A stretch of DNA of 64,000 nucleotides from Spirochaetia bacterium (GTDB lineage Bacteria; Spirochaetota; Spirochaetia; DSM-16054; Sediminispirochaetaceae). Shown here piece by piece: positions 1-10,341 of the stretch (the stretch's first letter is position 1; the number at the start of each line of letters is the position of its first letter). A model generated the notes under the pieces. That model ran no database searches, was not told the DNA's origin, and saw nothing but the letters and a program-made list of their open reading frames with translations. Both the position numbers and the translations under genes were made by a program. The stretch covers positions 416,001 to 480,000 of the forward strand of contig JAXHMY010000003.1 in assembly GCA_034520965.1 (NCBI GenBank). Reading direction: 5' to 3'.

Positions 1-53
1 GTAATCTTGCCCCCTATACTCTTGAAAAACGATATTTTTCCCTCTTTCATCAT
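1..53 (-). CDS. 5' fragment of a gene running off the window; probable membrane sensor or chemoreceptor
   Basis: AGGAGG SD before ATG; translates MMKEGKISFFKSIGGKIT, resembling the N-termini that precede TM1 in MCPs and sensors. Confidence 0.5.
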   Translation of the reverse strand, partial: MMKEGKISFFKSIGGKI

Positions 54-74
54 CTTCCTCCTGGATTTCTCCTG

Positions 75-437
75 TTATCTATTATTAAGCCGTACGATTT
101 CCTCGACGACCTTCTCGTACTCTTCGGTTTTATCAAAAAACAGATCCGCCCCCAGATGCAAACTTTGTTCCCTTATTTTCTGCCTTGAATTATTGGTAAG
201 CACTATGATAAAAGGCCTGTCGGGGTGATTTTTCAAGTAACGAAGCACATCTAAACCGCTTCCGTCGGGAAACTGGATATCGAGGATCAGGACATCTACC
301 GGTAGTGAATATAGATTACGGAGGGTGTTTTTCACATCGGAAGAGTTTTTCAGGTTGATATCTTCTATTTTCTGGGTAATAAGTTTCCCAAGGTTGCTTC
401 GAATAAGGGCCGAATCATCGGCGATAAGAATGATCAT
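75..437 (-). CDS. Stand-alone response regulator receiver protein
   Basis: ILIADD, ILDIQFPDGSG, GAD.FFDK receiver motifs; start moved to ATG 437. Confidence 0.88.
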   Translation of the reverse strand: MIILIADDSALIRSNLGKLITQKIEDINLKNSSDVKNTLRNLYSLPVDVLILDIQFPDGSGLDVLRYLKNHPDRPFIIVLTNNSRQKIREQSLHLGADLFFDKTEEYEKVVEEIVRLNNR

Positions 438-471
438 GTAAAAAAGTATAGGGGGAAATTCCATCCCTGTA

Positions 472-514
472 TGTCACAAAATGTGCTACATTGCCTGTCG
501 TAAATAATATGACA
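472..514. promoter_or_regulatory. Two tandem 19-bp imperfect palindromes (TGT-N13-ACA); candidate response-regulator sites
   Basis: tgtcacaaaatgtgctaca (472-490) and tgtcgtaaataatatgaca (496-514), upstream of the receiver gene. Confidence 0.45.
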
Positions 515-580
515 AAGAGATTTCTATCTTATCTGTTCATAAAAAGCGGGGTTATCGTACTTTTTACTTGAATATTCGTA

Positions 581-609
581 TTGACTCTCTGATTATTCAA
601 TGATAAAAT
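581..609 (+). promoter_or_regulatory. Sigma70 promoter, probably for a leaderless transcript
   Basis: TTGACT-17 bp-TAAAAT with extended TG; ATG at 615, no SD. Confidence 0.65.
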
Positions 610-614
610 CCATT

Positions 615-1757
615 ATGATACCCAGATCGCAGTATAAAAACCACATAGTAAAAGCAATAAAGCGTTCCAAAGTAACAGCTATATTAGGCCCCCGGCAATG
701 CGGGAAAACCACCCTGGCCACGGAAATCTCCAAAGAGATACAATCTCATTTTCTTGATCTGGAATCTCCCTCTGATCGGGCAAAACTGCAAAATCCGGAG
801 CAGTACCTTACAGGTATCCCCGGTCTCATTATTATTGATGAAATCCAGCAGAGCCCCGAACTGTTTCAGGTACTTAGAGTGCTTGCCGATAGGTCTGATA
901 AAAACGGCCGATTTCTTATCCTCGGCAGCGCCTCACCGGACCTTTCAAAGAGAGCTTCCGAATCTCTGGCAGGACGGATTGAGTTTATCGACCTGCACGG
1001 TTTCAACATCTCGGAAACGGGCTGGGAAGATTATCGCAGGCTATGGACCAGAGGAGGTTTCCCCCCTTCCTATCTTGCACACACAGAAGAAGACAGTATC
1101 GTATGGAGAGAAGGATTTGTCAGGACCTTTTTGCAGCGTGATATTCCTCAGCTTGGTATACACATACCTTCTGCAACCCTTCGCAGGTTCTGGACCATGC
1201 TGGCCCATAGTCATGGGCAACTTCTAAACAGTTCTCAACTCGCAAAATCCATGGGGATGAACGATAAGACCATCCGCTCTTACATTGATATCCTGACCTC
1301 TACCTACATGGTCCGCCAGGTACAGCCATGGCACGCAAACCTGAAAAAGCGTCAGGTTAAATCGCCAAAAATCTATGTTTCGGATACCGGTCTTCTTCAT
1401 CATTTACTAGGGCTCAGTGACATGGAGGACCTCTTGGGTCATCCTCAATTGGGCGCCTCCTGGGAGAGCTTTGTAATAGAACAAATACTGCGAAACATTC
1501 CCGCTCTTGTTCCTTACTTTTGGTCAACTTACAGCGGGGCGGAGCTGGACTTTTTTGCATTACATCGGGGGAAAAACATCGGTGTGGAATGCAAGTTTAC
1601 CGAGTCACCAAAAACAACTCGTTCCCAGCACGTTGCGCTTGAAGACCTGAAGCTTGAAAAAATATACGTTGTATATCCAGGGGCCGCACGTTATCCTCTG
1701 CATGAATCCATAGAAGCGTGTCCGTTGCCCGAACTTATCGCGGAACTGCGTAATTAA
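615..1757 (+). CDS. AAA+ ATPase, AAA_14 plus DUF4143 family
   Basis: Walker A GPRQCGKT, Walker B IIIDEIQ, LAGR, KSPKIY..DTGL, C-terminal ELDF...GVECK. Confidence 0.9.
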   Translation: MIPRSQYKNHIVKAIKRSKVTAILGPRQCGKTTLATEISKEIQSHFLDLESPSDRAKLQNPEQYLTGIPGLIIIDEIQQSPELFQVLRVLADRSDKNGRFLILGSASPDLSKRASESLAGRIEFIDLHGFNISETGWEDYRRLWTRGGFPPSYLAHTEEDSIVWREGFVRTFLQRDIPQLGIHIPSATLRRFWTMLAHSHGQLLNSSQLAKSMGMNDKTIRSYIDILTSTYMVRQVQPWHANLKKRQVKSPKIYVSDTGLLHHLLGLSDMEDLLGHPQLGASWESFVIEQILRNIPALVPYFWSTYSGAELDFFALHRGKNIGVECKFTESPKTTRSQHVALEDLKLEKIYVVYPGAARYPLHESIEACPLPELIAELRN

Positions 1758-1776
1758 CAGAAACCGGTACCGGCAA

Positions 1777-1816
1777 TTTTCATCGTTTCGGCTGCCGCGC
1801 AGCGGCATGGGAAACT
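1777..1816 (+). repeat. 40-bp hairpin element, copy 1
   Basis: ttttcatcgtttcggctgccgcgcagcggcatgggaaact; 36/40 identical to the reverse complement of 39835-39874. Confidence 0.8.
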
Positions 1817-2444
1817 ATACCAAATTATGGGTGTAGGCGTAGCGAATAATATCTGTATTTGCTGTTAATCCCGTCTTATCGAGGATTCGTTTTCTGTACG
1901 TGTTGACGCTGCTTACGCTTATGTTCAGTTGTTCGGAAATCTCGCTTACCGATTTTCCCTGCCCGATGAGGACAAAGATCTGATACTCCCTGTCCGAAAG
2001 AAGCTCATGCGCCGGTTTGTCCCCTGCATTAAAATCCTTCGTATACAACTGCCGGGCCACTTCCTCGGTTATGTAACTCCCTTGGTGGTACACCTTTCGA
2101 ATAGCGTCAGCTATAGTCTTTGCCGCATAATCTTTTGTCAGGTAACCCGCCGCTCCGTTTTTGATAGCTCGCTGGGCGTATCTGTTCTCCGGATGCATAC
2201 TGAGCATCAGAACTCTAGTTTTAATTCTCTCCGCCTTTATATCCTTCAGTACTTCGATACCGTCTTTATCGGGCAATCCAATATCCAGAACCACCACATC
2301 TACACTATTGGTTCTGAGCAGCTGCATCGTCTCCTCTGCACTCTCCGCCTCGCCTATCAAAGTAATATCACTCTGTTTTTCAATAAGCTTGCTCATTCCG
2401 TCCCGTAACAGTTCGTGATCATCGGCAATTACCACTTTGATCAT
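1815..2444 (-). CDS. NarL/FixJ-family DNA-binding response regulator (REC plus LuxR HTH)
   Basis: IADDH, LDIGLP, LSDRE...GKSVSEI...SVNTYRKRILDK. Confidence 0.93.
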   Translation of the reverse strand: MIKVVIADDHELLRDGMSKLIEKQSDITLIGEAESAEETMQLLRTNSVDVVVLDIGLPDKDGIEVLKDIKAERIKTRVLMLSMHPENRYAQRAIKNGAAGYLTKDYAAKTIADAIRKVYHQGSYITEEVARQLYTKDFNAGDKPAHELLSDREYQIFVLIGQGKSVSEISEQLNISVSSVNTYRKRILDKTGLTANTDIIRYAYTHNLV

Positions 2445-3875
2445 TATTGTACCTCATTCTCAGAGACCGGAATTGTGAGCTTCACTGTTGTCCCTGTGCC
2501 GGGAGTACTTTCTATATCAAGAGTTCCAGCACACTGTTTGGCTCTCTCTTTCATTCCGATAAATCCAAAACTCATACTACCCTCTATCTCATCCACATTA
2601 AAACCGTATCCGTTATCTTTCACTTCAATTGACAAAATCCCGTTTTTAATTGCAGTTGAAATATGAACTTTGGTTGCTCCGCTGTGGCGCACACAGTTGG
2701 TAAGGGACTCCTGGACTATCCTAAACACGTGGAGCGATTTCTGTTTTCCCAAGTCTACATCCCGCTTTAGTGTAGATAATGTAACCGATATATTAAAGTT
2801 TTTTTTGAACTCCTCCACCTGCCATTTCAGTGCTTCTATGAGGCCTTCGGCATCAATCACACTTGGTCTCAGTTCCGTGGATATCTTCCTAACCTTTTTA
2901 ACCGTAGTTGTGATAATACGTTCCATATCATGAACAGCTTTTTGCAGATTTTCTTTGTCCGGGTTCTCATCTTCAAGGCATTGCTCTAAGAAAGTAACAT
3001 TCATTTTGAGGGCAGTTAATGATTGTCCCAAATCATCATGTATTTCCCGTGAAAGCTCAGCATTCTGCTCCTCACGTATATTCTGCAGATGTGCAGAGAG
3101 TTCCCGATACATCTGTTCACTCCGCCTCAGTTTATCCTCTTTTCTTGAAAGTTCGGTTATATCCCGGAAGGTGTACAGCCGTGTCCCGCCTTTGATATCA
3201 ACACTCTTTACGTTTACCAAGAGCACATGTTCCACTCCATGTGTATCAGCGAAAAGTTCTCTTTATATTGTATACTTCTCCCTTTTCCGCAGATCCTCAT
3301 TAGAGACTCAGGGGATCCCCAAAAAAAATTAGAGATATGTGCAAAAGATTTTACCTGCTCGGGAGAATAGCCAAAAATCACATGTACATTAGGACATATA
3401 TAAACAAACATCCCGGTTTCATCGGTAAGTAGCACTGTATCGGATATGCTTCCAAGAATCGTCCGGTGGAAATTCTCCGATTCTTTTAATTCGGTCTCGG
3501 TGGAATGAAGCTTTAGAGCCATTTCGACGGTTGCAAGAATGAACTGCTCATTACCCGGTACTTTTTGGATATAGCCGTACTTTATCATGTCCTTGGTCGT
3601 ATCCAAGGTTGTCTTATCAGTGTAGGCCGAATGAAGTACTACGGGGATATCGTACTTCTCATAAATTTCTCGGTGACTTCGGAACCGGTCATACTGCCCT
3701 TTCCAAGGTTTATGTCCATGAGAATCAAATCGGGCAGCGTTCCTGAATCTAATCTCTTTAAGCACGGCTCTCCGTGGGCGAACATCTCTACGGAATACCC
3801 GTTTTTTTGGAGAAAACGCTTTAACTGTTCATTGAGGATCATTTCATCTTCTACGATAAATATCTTTTTGTTCAT
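2444..3875 (-). CDS. REC-PAS-HisKA_3-HATPase sensor kinase, split by several indels
   Basis: ORF pieces 3639-3875, 3214-3765 and 2444-3235 join as REC, PAS, REIHDDLGQSL H-box, ESLTNCVRHS and DNGYGF; indels near 3665 and 3250-3330. Confidence 0.82.
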
Positions 3876-3936
3876 ATACTATTGTGTTTCCGATGGAGGT
3901 AGAATAATTATTCAAAGACTTGCATAATAGCTTAGC

Positions 3937-4831
3937 ATGAAATTTTCCATAATCACAACTGTTCTTATCTTCGTAATCAGCATTTCCGCTCTCGCGATGG
4001 CAAACGAAAAAGAGTTCGCCCCCGTATCGCAGGAGGAGTCTGTCCCTCGCCCGGTGTATCTTGTATACGGAATTGCCTATCAAAATGTCGAGTGGCTCAT
4101 GCGGTCCCTGCAGGAAGTTCAACTAGCGCTTCTGGATGATGGGGTTCCCTCTTTCATAACAGAGAAAGACGCATTTGCTTCAATCGAAGAAAACGCCCGG
4201 GTGATGAAGCGGGAAGTTCTGAACTATCTTGCCGAACATCCGAACTATATGCAAGTAGATATCATTGCACACTCAAAGGGAGGTCTCGAAGCGCGCTATA
4301 TGATCAGCCGCCTGGACATGGCGGACACATGTAGCAAGTCTGACTACTCTCTCAACACCTCACCGAGGAACACCGGTCGCAGAGTTTATAACCGAAGATG
4401 CGGGAGAGGGAGGGCGACTAATAGCAACAACCGTTGCAGATGCGGTAGGAACCCTGTTGGGAGACAGTAAACCTGATTCGGATAGTGCCTTTCACCAGCT
4501 CACCCCCGCTTATTTAGAAGGTTTTAACCAGAAGACGCCGAACCACCCGGGGGTTTACTATCTAAGCTTCGCATCCCAGATTGGAGAAGAGTACCCAAGC
4601 CTTCTCTACCGAACCATAGGAGAGGCCGTACATGAGGTAGCGGGAGCAAACGACGGCTTTGTTCCGGTAGAATCGGCCAAATGGGGGGACTTTCGCGGGC
4701 TGGTCTGTACTCTTTATGGGCACGAGGGGCTCAGTCACAGCGATATTATCGGGGGAAACCCGCTGACCTACAACGTAGATTTTGATTTTGTGCGCTTTTT
4801 TAAGGATATAGTGGAAATAATTCAGCAGTGA
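3937..4831 (+). CDS. Secreted lipase/esterase, alpha/beta hydrolase, one frameshift near 4328
   Basis: Signal peptide; AHSKGG nucleophile elbow; shifted frame reads VASLTTLSTPHRGTP; NDGFV and SH catalytic motifs. Confidence 0.8.
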
Positions 4832-5253
4832 ATCTATTCCTGCTCTCCCTGCTCATCTTCTAAATCAGTTGTTTCATTGTCAATCGAAAAAATATCCACC
4901 TGCACATTTAAGGAATGAGGCATTATCCGGTTACCGCACCTTCGCTGGCCGAGGATACCAGTTTTGCATACTTTGCAAGTGCCCCCCAGGTGTAGGCAAT
5001 TATTACTTTTTTTGTCATGTTTAGTCTAAAATCGGTGTCGCCTTCCTTCTCGATATTTTAAAGCACTCCAAAAACTCCGACTTATTCTTTGGGTACCCTA
5101 TTTTGTCACATAGATTTGAATAGAGAGCCCAGAATATAGAGATTTTTAATTTTTGAGCCGCCAAATTTGCCTAAAAGACCGGTAATAGCCTTGTCCCTTT
5201 TTGTTCATTTTTGTATGCTCTTATTGATATCTGCCAACAGGAAGTAAGAAACT

Positions 5254-6573
5254 ATGGTAAAAACGAGTTTTCCTAAGGGAGTCCATCCTCCGGAAGAGAA
5301 AGACCGCACATCGAGCATTCCAATTGCCGATCTGCCTCTTCCAGAGAAGATTTCGATACCCCTATCACAACATCTTGGTAAACCCGCAAAAGCGACGAAA
5401 GGCCGTGGTGATACAGTGACAGTGGGTGAGCGAATCGGTGAGGCCGACGGCTTTATCTCTGCCCATGTTCATTCTCCAGTTTCTGGAAAAGTAAAAAAGC
5501 TGGTCCAGCTTCCGCTTCCCGGCGGGCGCATGGGTGAGTACATGGAGATCGAAGTAGACAAAGAGGCAACCGAGGCTTTCAGTTTCCCCGAGAAAGAGTT
5601 TGACCTTGAAAATGCCACTCAGGAGACAGTAGCACAGACGCTCAAAGAAGCCGGAATAGTCGGCCTGGGCGGAGCAACCTTTCCTGCAAACGTAAAGTTT
5701 ACTCCCCCGAAAGGAAAGACATTAGACAGTCTGATTATTAACGGGGCGGAATGCGAGCCCTATCTTACCTGCGATCATCGGATGATGCTGGAGCATGCTG
5801 CGGAAATTATTGCTGCAATCAGAATACTCCACAAAGCGTACGCCTTTGAACAAATACTCGTCGGTATAGAAGAGAACAAAAGTGACGCCGCACAGGCTCT
5901 TAAGGAAGAGGCCGATAAATATCAGGATCTTCCGATTCAAGTGGTTACCACGAAGGTAAAGTATCCCCAGGGGGCGGAAAAGATGCTTATCCAGGCCCTT
6001 ACCGGTCGGATAGTTCCCAAGGGCAAACTCCCGCTTGAGGTGGGAGCGGTCGTCTCAAACGTGCAGACCGTGTATGCCATGTACGAAGCCTTCTACCGGG
6101 AGAAACCCTTAATAGAGCGGGTTCTGACAGTTACAGGCGACGGTATTGCAGAACCAAAGAATATCCGCGCTCCCCTTGGTACTCCAATTGCAAAACTGTA
6201 TGAGTTTTGCGGCGGGATGAAAAGCGAACCCCGAAAAATGATCGCCGGCGGACCTATGATGGGGGTTGCATTGCCGACTATCGACTATTCAGTGATGAAA
6301 GGTTCTTCGGGCTACCTTCTCTTTGACAGTCCCTCGGTACCGGAAGAGGGACCGTGTATTATGTGCGGACGCTGCGTGCAGGCCTGTCCTATGAACCTGG
6401 TTCCACTGCGTATCGCAGCACTGGCGAAGGCCGAGCAGTACGCCGAGGCTAAGGAGTACGATGCCACCTCCTGCGTGGAATGCGGTGCCTGCGCCTTTGG
6501 CTGCCCTGCAAAAATTCGTCTGGTCGCCTGGATTCGTTATGCGAAAAATTTTATCAATATACGTGGTCTCTGA
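5254..6573 (+). CDS. rnfC: Rnf complex subunit C
   Basis: GIVGLGGATFP, NGAECEPYLTCDH, KYPQGAEK, two 4Fe-4S motifs. Confidence 0.96.
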   Translation: MVKTSFPKGVHPPEEKDRTSSIPIADLPLPEKISIPLSQHLGKPAKATKGRGDTVTVGERIGEADGFISAHVHSPVSGKVKKLVQLPLPGGRMGEYMEIEVDKEATEAFSFPEKEFDLENATQETVAQTLKEAGIVGLGGATFPANVKFTPPKGKTLDSLIINGAECEPYLTCDHRMMLEHAAEIIAAIRILHKAYAFEQILVGIEENKSDAAQALKEEADKYQDLPIQVVTTKVKYPQGAEKMLIQALTGRIVPKGKLPLEVGAVVSNVQTVYAMYEAFYREKPLIERVLTVTGDGIAEPKNIRAPLGTPIAKLYEFCGGMKSEPRKMIAGGPMMGVALPTIDYSVMKGSSGYLLFDSPSVPEEGPCIMCGRCVQACPMNLVPLRIAALAKAEQYAEAKEYDATSCVECGACAFGCPAKIRLVAWIRYAKNFINIRGL

Positions 6574-6675
6574 GATAGAGGACGCAGAAAGGCCGGGCTG
6601 CGTACAGCTTAGGCGGCGGCCGAGTGGGTCTTTCCGTCCGTACCTATGCACGCTCAGGAAAGGAGTTGCAATTAG

Positions 6676-7668
6676 ATGACAGAAAAAAGAGAAGGTTATA
6701 TCATAACCTCTTCCCCCCACCTATTCTCATCTTCGACTACCCCAAAAATTATGTATACGGTACTCGCTACCCTTTTACCGGTGGCTCTAGTATCGGTGCT
6801 TTTATTTGGCATGAAGGTGTTACTGTTGTATGCAGTCTCAATAGCTACAGCTGTGGCGACCGAGGCTGCAGTGAAGGCGGCACGCCGGAAAAGCATCCGC
6901 AGCATTTATGACGGCAGCGCCGTTATCACCGGACTCTTGCTGGTAATGGTAGTTCCCCCCGATTTGTCCCCGGTGTTTGTTGCCCTCGGTGCCTTTGTGG
7001 CTATTTTCATTGGTAAGGAAGTCTTTGGAGGGCTTGGAGCTAACGTGTTTAATCCGGCCTTGGTCGGACGTGCCTTTCTCTCGGCATCCTACCCAGTACA
7101 GATGACCAGTTACTCCCAACCCCAGGCACTGTTTCCCATTGCCGGCGGAGTGGATGCAGCAGGAGGGGCAACCCCCCTTGCAGCGGCCCGATTCGAGGGA
7201 GTAGTTGCACCATTGAAATCACTGCTCTTGGGTCAGATCGGCGGAAGTATCGGTGAAACCTGTGCTCTGCTGATTATCATCGGAGGAGTAGTACTGATAG
7301 CACTGAAAATAGTTGATTGGCACCTGGTACTCTCCTACCTCGGAACGGTCTTTCTGTTGACGGGTTTGTTCTATTTAATCGATCCTGGTACATACCCTTC
7401 CCCTCTATTCCACCTTCTCTCCGGAGGTTTGATGCTAGGGGCCTTTTATATGGCCACCGACATGGCTACATCCCCCTACACTCCCTGGGGTAATGTTATT
7501 TTTGGAGTCGGTGCCGGTTTGATTGTAGTAGTGATCCGCCTCTTCGGGGGATTTCCGGAAGGTGTGATGTATTCAATTCTCCTTATGAACGCTGTAACTC
7601 CCTTAATTAACCGATACACCCGGCCTAAGACCTTCGGCAGCCCCTCCGGGAAAGGAGCGGTCTCATGA
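6676..7668 (+). CDS. rnfD: Rnf complex subunit D
   Basis: SSPH, FGGLGANVFNPA, GATPL FMN site, MATD..TSP. Confidence 0.96.
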   Translation: MTEKREGYIITSSPHLFSSSTTPKIMYTVLATLLPVALVSVLLFGMKVLLLYAVSIATAVATEAAVKAARRKSIRSIYDGSAVITGLLLVMVVPPDLSPVFVALGAFVAIFIGKEVFGGLGANVFNPALVGRAFLSASYPVQMTSYSQPQALFPIAGGVDAAGGATPLAAARFEGVVAPLKSLLLGQIGGSIGETCALLIIIGGVVLIALKIVDWHLVLSYLGTVFLLTGLFYLIDPGTYPSPLFHLLSGGLMLGAFYMATDMATSPYTPWGNVIFGVGAGLIVVVIRLFGGFPEGVMYSILLMNAVTPLINRYTRPKTFGSPSGKGAVS

Positions 7669-8237
7669 AAAAGATGATTATCGTTCTTACTGCAGTTGCA
7701 ATTATTTCCGGTACCACCCTGGCAATCGCCTATTCGGCATTTCTGCCTCGCATCCAGCATAATCAACAGGTTGCACTGGAGCGTTCTCTGGGTGCACTCT
7801 TCGAGCAGGGTGAGAGCCCCGAATTTTCCGAAATCGAAACCGAGGGACCGACAATATATCGAGCCCGCGCGGAGGGCCAAGTAATCGGCTACGCCGTGAG
7901 AGTAGTGACCACCGGCTATGGTGGTGAAATCCGCCTGCTGGTTGGTATTGGCCCCAATCTGGAAGGGATTACCGGAATGGAAGTGGTAGAACATGTTGAA
8001 ACTCCCGGTTTGGGAGGTAAAATTGACGACTCTTCCTTTAAGAAGCAGTTCGAGGGTCTGCAGCCCCAGCAGGATATTTCCTATGTGAAGGGCGGAGATA
8101 CTCAGGCGAAAGAGAATTCGATAGAAGCGATTTCGGGAGCAACCATCTCTACTGATGCGGTTGTCAGCGGAATCAATAAAACCCTAGATTCCGCGCTCCC
8201 GGCACTTACCGATAGAGCCGGAGAGGGAGGGGAATAA
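7665..8237 (+). CDS. rnfG: Rnf complex subunit G
   Basis: GYGG, ETPGLG, ISGATIS FMN site. Confidence 0.94.
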   Translation: MKKMIIVLTAVAIISGTTLAIAYSAFLPRIQHNQQVALERSLGALFEQGESPEFSEIETEGPTIYRARAEGQVIGYAVRVVTTGYGGEIRLLVGIGPNLEGITGMEVVEHVETPGLGGKIDDSSFKKQFEGLQPQQDISYVKGGDTQAKENSIEAISGATISTDAVVSGINKTLDSALPALTDRAGEGGE

Positions 8238-8860
8238 TGAAAAACGAAACGCTATTAAGCCATTTTGGAAAAGGATTGATAAAGAACAATCCGGTGTTTG
8301 TGCAAGTATTGGGTATGTGTCCCACCCTGGCAGTAACAACCAGTGCAGTCAACGGCCTTGCCATGGGAGCGGCAACTACTTTTGTACTTTTTTTCTCAGC
8401 CACCATTGCCACGATAGTAAACGTAATCGTTCCCAATCAGGTACGAATTCCGGTGTATGCAGTAATAATTGCTACCTTTGTGACGATCGCCGACTTGATT
8501 CTAAAGGCCTTTTTTCCTCCGCTGTCGGCAGCACTCGGACCTTACGTCCCGCTGATTGTGGTAAACTGCATGATCATGGGACGCATTGAGGCCTTTGCAA
8601 CACGCAACCCTATTCTGCCCTCGCTGGCTGATGCCCTGGGAATGGGGGCCGGTTTTACCGCCGCACTGATGATACTTGGTGCTGTCCGCGAACTTTTGGG
8701 TGCCGGTGAGATTTTCGGCGCGGTCATTTTTGGCTCAGCTTATCCGCCTATGCTGATTATGATTCTTCCGCCCGGAGCTTTTCTTGTGCTGGGAATTTTG
8801 ATGGCTCTCTTCAATCATTTGCAAGAGAAGGATTCTCCAATTTTGAGGAAGGCAGGTTGA
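8237..8860 (+). CDS. rnfE: Rnf complex subunit E
   Basis: LGMCPTLAVT, IVVNC, LPPGAF. Confidence 0.95.
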   Translation: MKNETLLSHFGKGLIKNNPVFVQVLGMCPTLAVTTSAVNGLAMGAATTFVLFFSATIATIVNVIVPNQVRIPVYAVIIATFVTIADLILKAFFPPLSAALGPYVPLIVVNCMIMGRIEAFATRNPILPSLADALGMGAGFTAALMILGAVRELLGAGEIFGAVIFGSAYPPMLIMILPPGAFLVLGILMALFNHLQEKDSPILRKAG

Positions 8861-8861
8861 T

Positions 8862-9440
8862 ATGCAGATAGTTGCGGTTTTTATTGTAGCGGTTTTAGTA
8901 AACAACTTTGTACTCTATTATTTTGTGGGAATCTGTCCCTTTATCGGCGTCTCGAAAAAAGTTGATGCCGCCACAAGTATGGGGATGGCGGTGACCTTTG
9001 TAATGACCATTACCGCTGCGGTTACCTGGTTAATCAATAACCTGGTGCTGATACCCTTCGGGCTCCCCTTTCTCGAATATGTCTCCTATATCGTAGTAAT
9101 TGCCTCGTTAGTACAGTTTTTGGAAATGTTCATCAAAAAAACGTTTCCCGAACTTTACAAAACCCTGGGGATATTTTTACCTCTGATTACCACCAACTGT
9201 GCAATTCTATTTGTTGCACTCATCCAGGCCATGCGTGCTTACGGGTTTATTACCAGTATCGCCTTTGGTTTTGGGGCGGGGGTCGGTTTTACTCTGGCAA
9301 TTGTGATTATGGCGGGCATTCGAGAGCAGCTGGAGGTAGCCGACATTCCACGGCCCTTCCGCGGTGCGGCAATCACACTTATTGTCGCCGGAGTACTCGC
9401 ATTGGCTTTCATGGGATTTACCGGACTGGTGTCCGCATAG
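8862..9440 (+). CDS. rnfA: Rnf complex subunit A
   Basis: GICPFIGVSKK, LPLITTNCAI. Confidence 0.95.
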   Translation: MQIVAVFIVAVLVNNFVLYYFVGICPFIGVSKKVDAATSMGMAVTFVMTITAAVTWLINNLVLIPFGLPFLEYVSYIVVIASLVQFLEMFIKKTFPELYKTLGIFLPLITTNCAILFVALIQAMRAYGFITSIAFGFGAGVGFTLAIVIMAGIREQLEVADIPRPFRGAAITLIVAGVLALAFMGFTGLVSA

Positions 9441-9456
9441 TTATAAGGAGTTAGGT

Positions 9457-10341
9457 ATGATTATCATACAAGCAATACTTCTCATGGGTGTTCTCGGAGT
9501 AGGCTTCTCAGTATTTTTGGGATTTGCCAATAAACGCTTCCATGTAGAAACCAACCCCAAAGTTGATGAAGTCGAAGAGGTGCTGCCCGCGGTAAACTGC
9601 GGCGGCTGCGGCTATCCTTCCTGTGCCACCTATGCCGAGGCAGTGGCGGAAAACGGCGAGGATATCGACCTCTGCGTTGTCGGTGGAGCCGAAACAACCA
9701 CAATGATCGCCCATGTGATGGGGGTCGAGGTTGCCGGCGAAGACAAAGAGAAGCTGGTGGCAGTGGTCTTCTGCCAGGGAGATTCCGAGGCCGCCGGTTT
9801 TCCCGGTGAGTACCGGGGGATACTCGATTGTGCAGCTGCGGTTTACTCCCAGGATGTAGCAAAACGCTGCAAATACGGCTGTCTAGGGCTCGGTTCATGC
9901 GTCAATGCCTGTCCCTTCGATGCAATACATATGAGTGAGACGGGCATCCCCTACGTAGATGCGGAAAAATGCACCGCCTGCGGTAAATGTGTAACCGCCT
10001 GCCCGCGAGACCTTATTGAACTGCATCCAGTTTCGCATGAGGCCTTCGTGTACTGCAAATCACAAGACCCCGGTGCTATTGCCAGAAAGGTATGTAAAAA
10101 GGCGTGCATCGCCTGTAAAATTTGTGTAAAGGCCGCCGCTGCGGACGATAACCCCGAGGCAGTTACAATGAACGGGAACCTGGCAGTGGTGAATACCGAT
10201 AACTATACGGCTAAAGCGGAGTATGGCCAAAAGTGCCCCACCGATGCCTACAGTAGCCGCAAGAACAGCGTAAACTATGAGAGTTTCGTCAAAGACAAGC
10301 CAAAAGAAAAGGCCCCTGCGGGAGAGAGCGACAAGGAATGA
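9457..10341 (+). CDS. rnfB: Rnf complex subunit B
   Basis: LP.NCGGCGYPSC, CKYGCLGLGSC, multiple ferredoxin motifs; SD AAGGAG. Confidence 0.94.
   Translation: MIIIQAILLMGVLGVGFSVFLGFANKRFHVETNPKVDEVEEVLPAVNCGGCGYPSCATYAEAVAENGEDIDLCVVGGAETTTMIAHVMGVEVAGEDKEKLVAVVFCQGDSEAAGFPGEYRGILDCAAAVYSQDVAKRCKYGCLGLGSCVNACPFDAIHMSETGIPYVDAEKCTACGKCVTACPRDLIELHPVSHEAFVYCKSQDPGAIARKVCKKACIACKICVKAAAADDNPEAVTMNGNLAVVNTDNYTAKAEYGQKCPTDAYSSRKNSVNYESFVKDKPKEKAPAGESDKE

Noticed and set aside
4931..4940. TTACCGCACC shared with about 40444-40453
   Set aside because: A 10-nt match with no flanking similarity is plausible by chance, and this copy lies inside the candidate small ORF.
5030..5253. Rex operator upstream of rnfC
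   Set aside because: Only TTGT half-sites; no convincing TTGTGAA-N4-TTCACAA palindrome.
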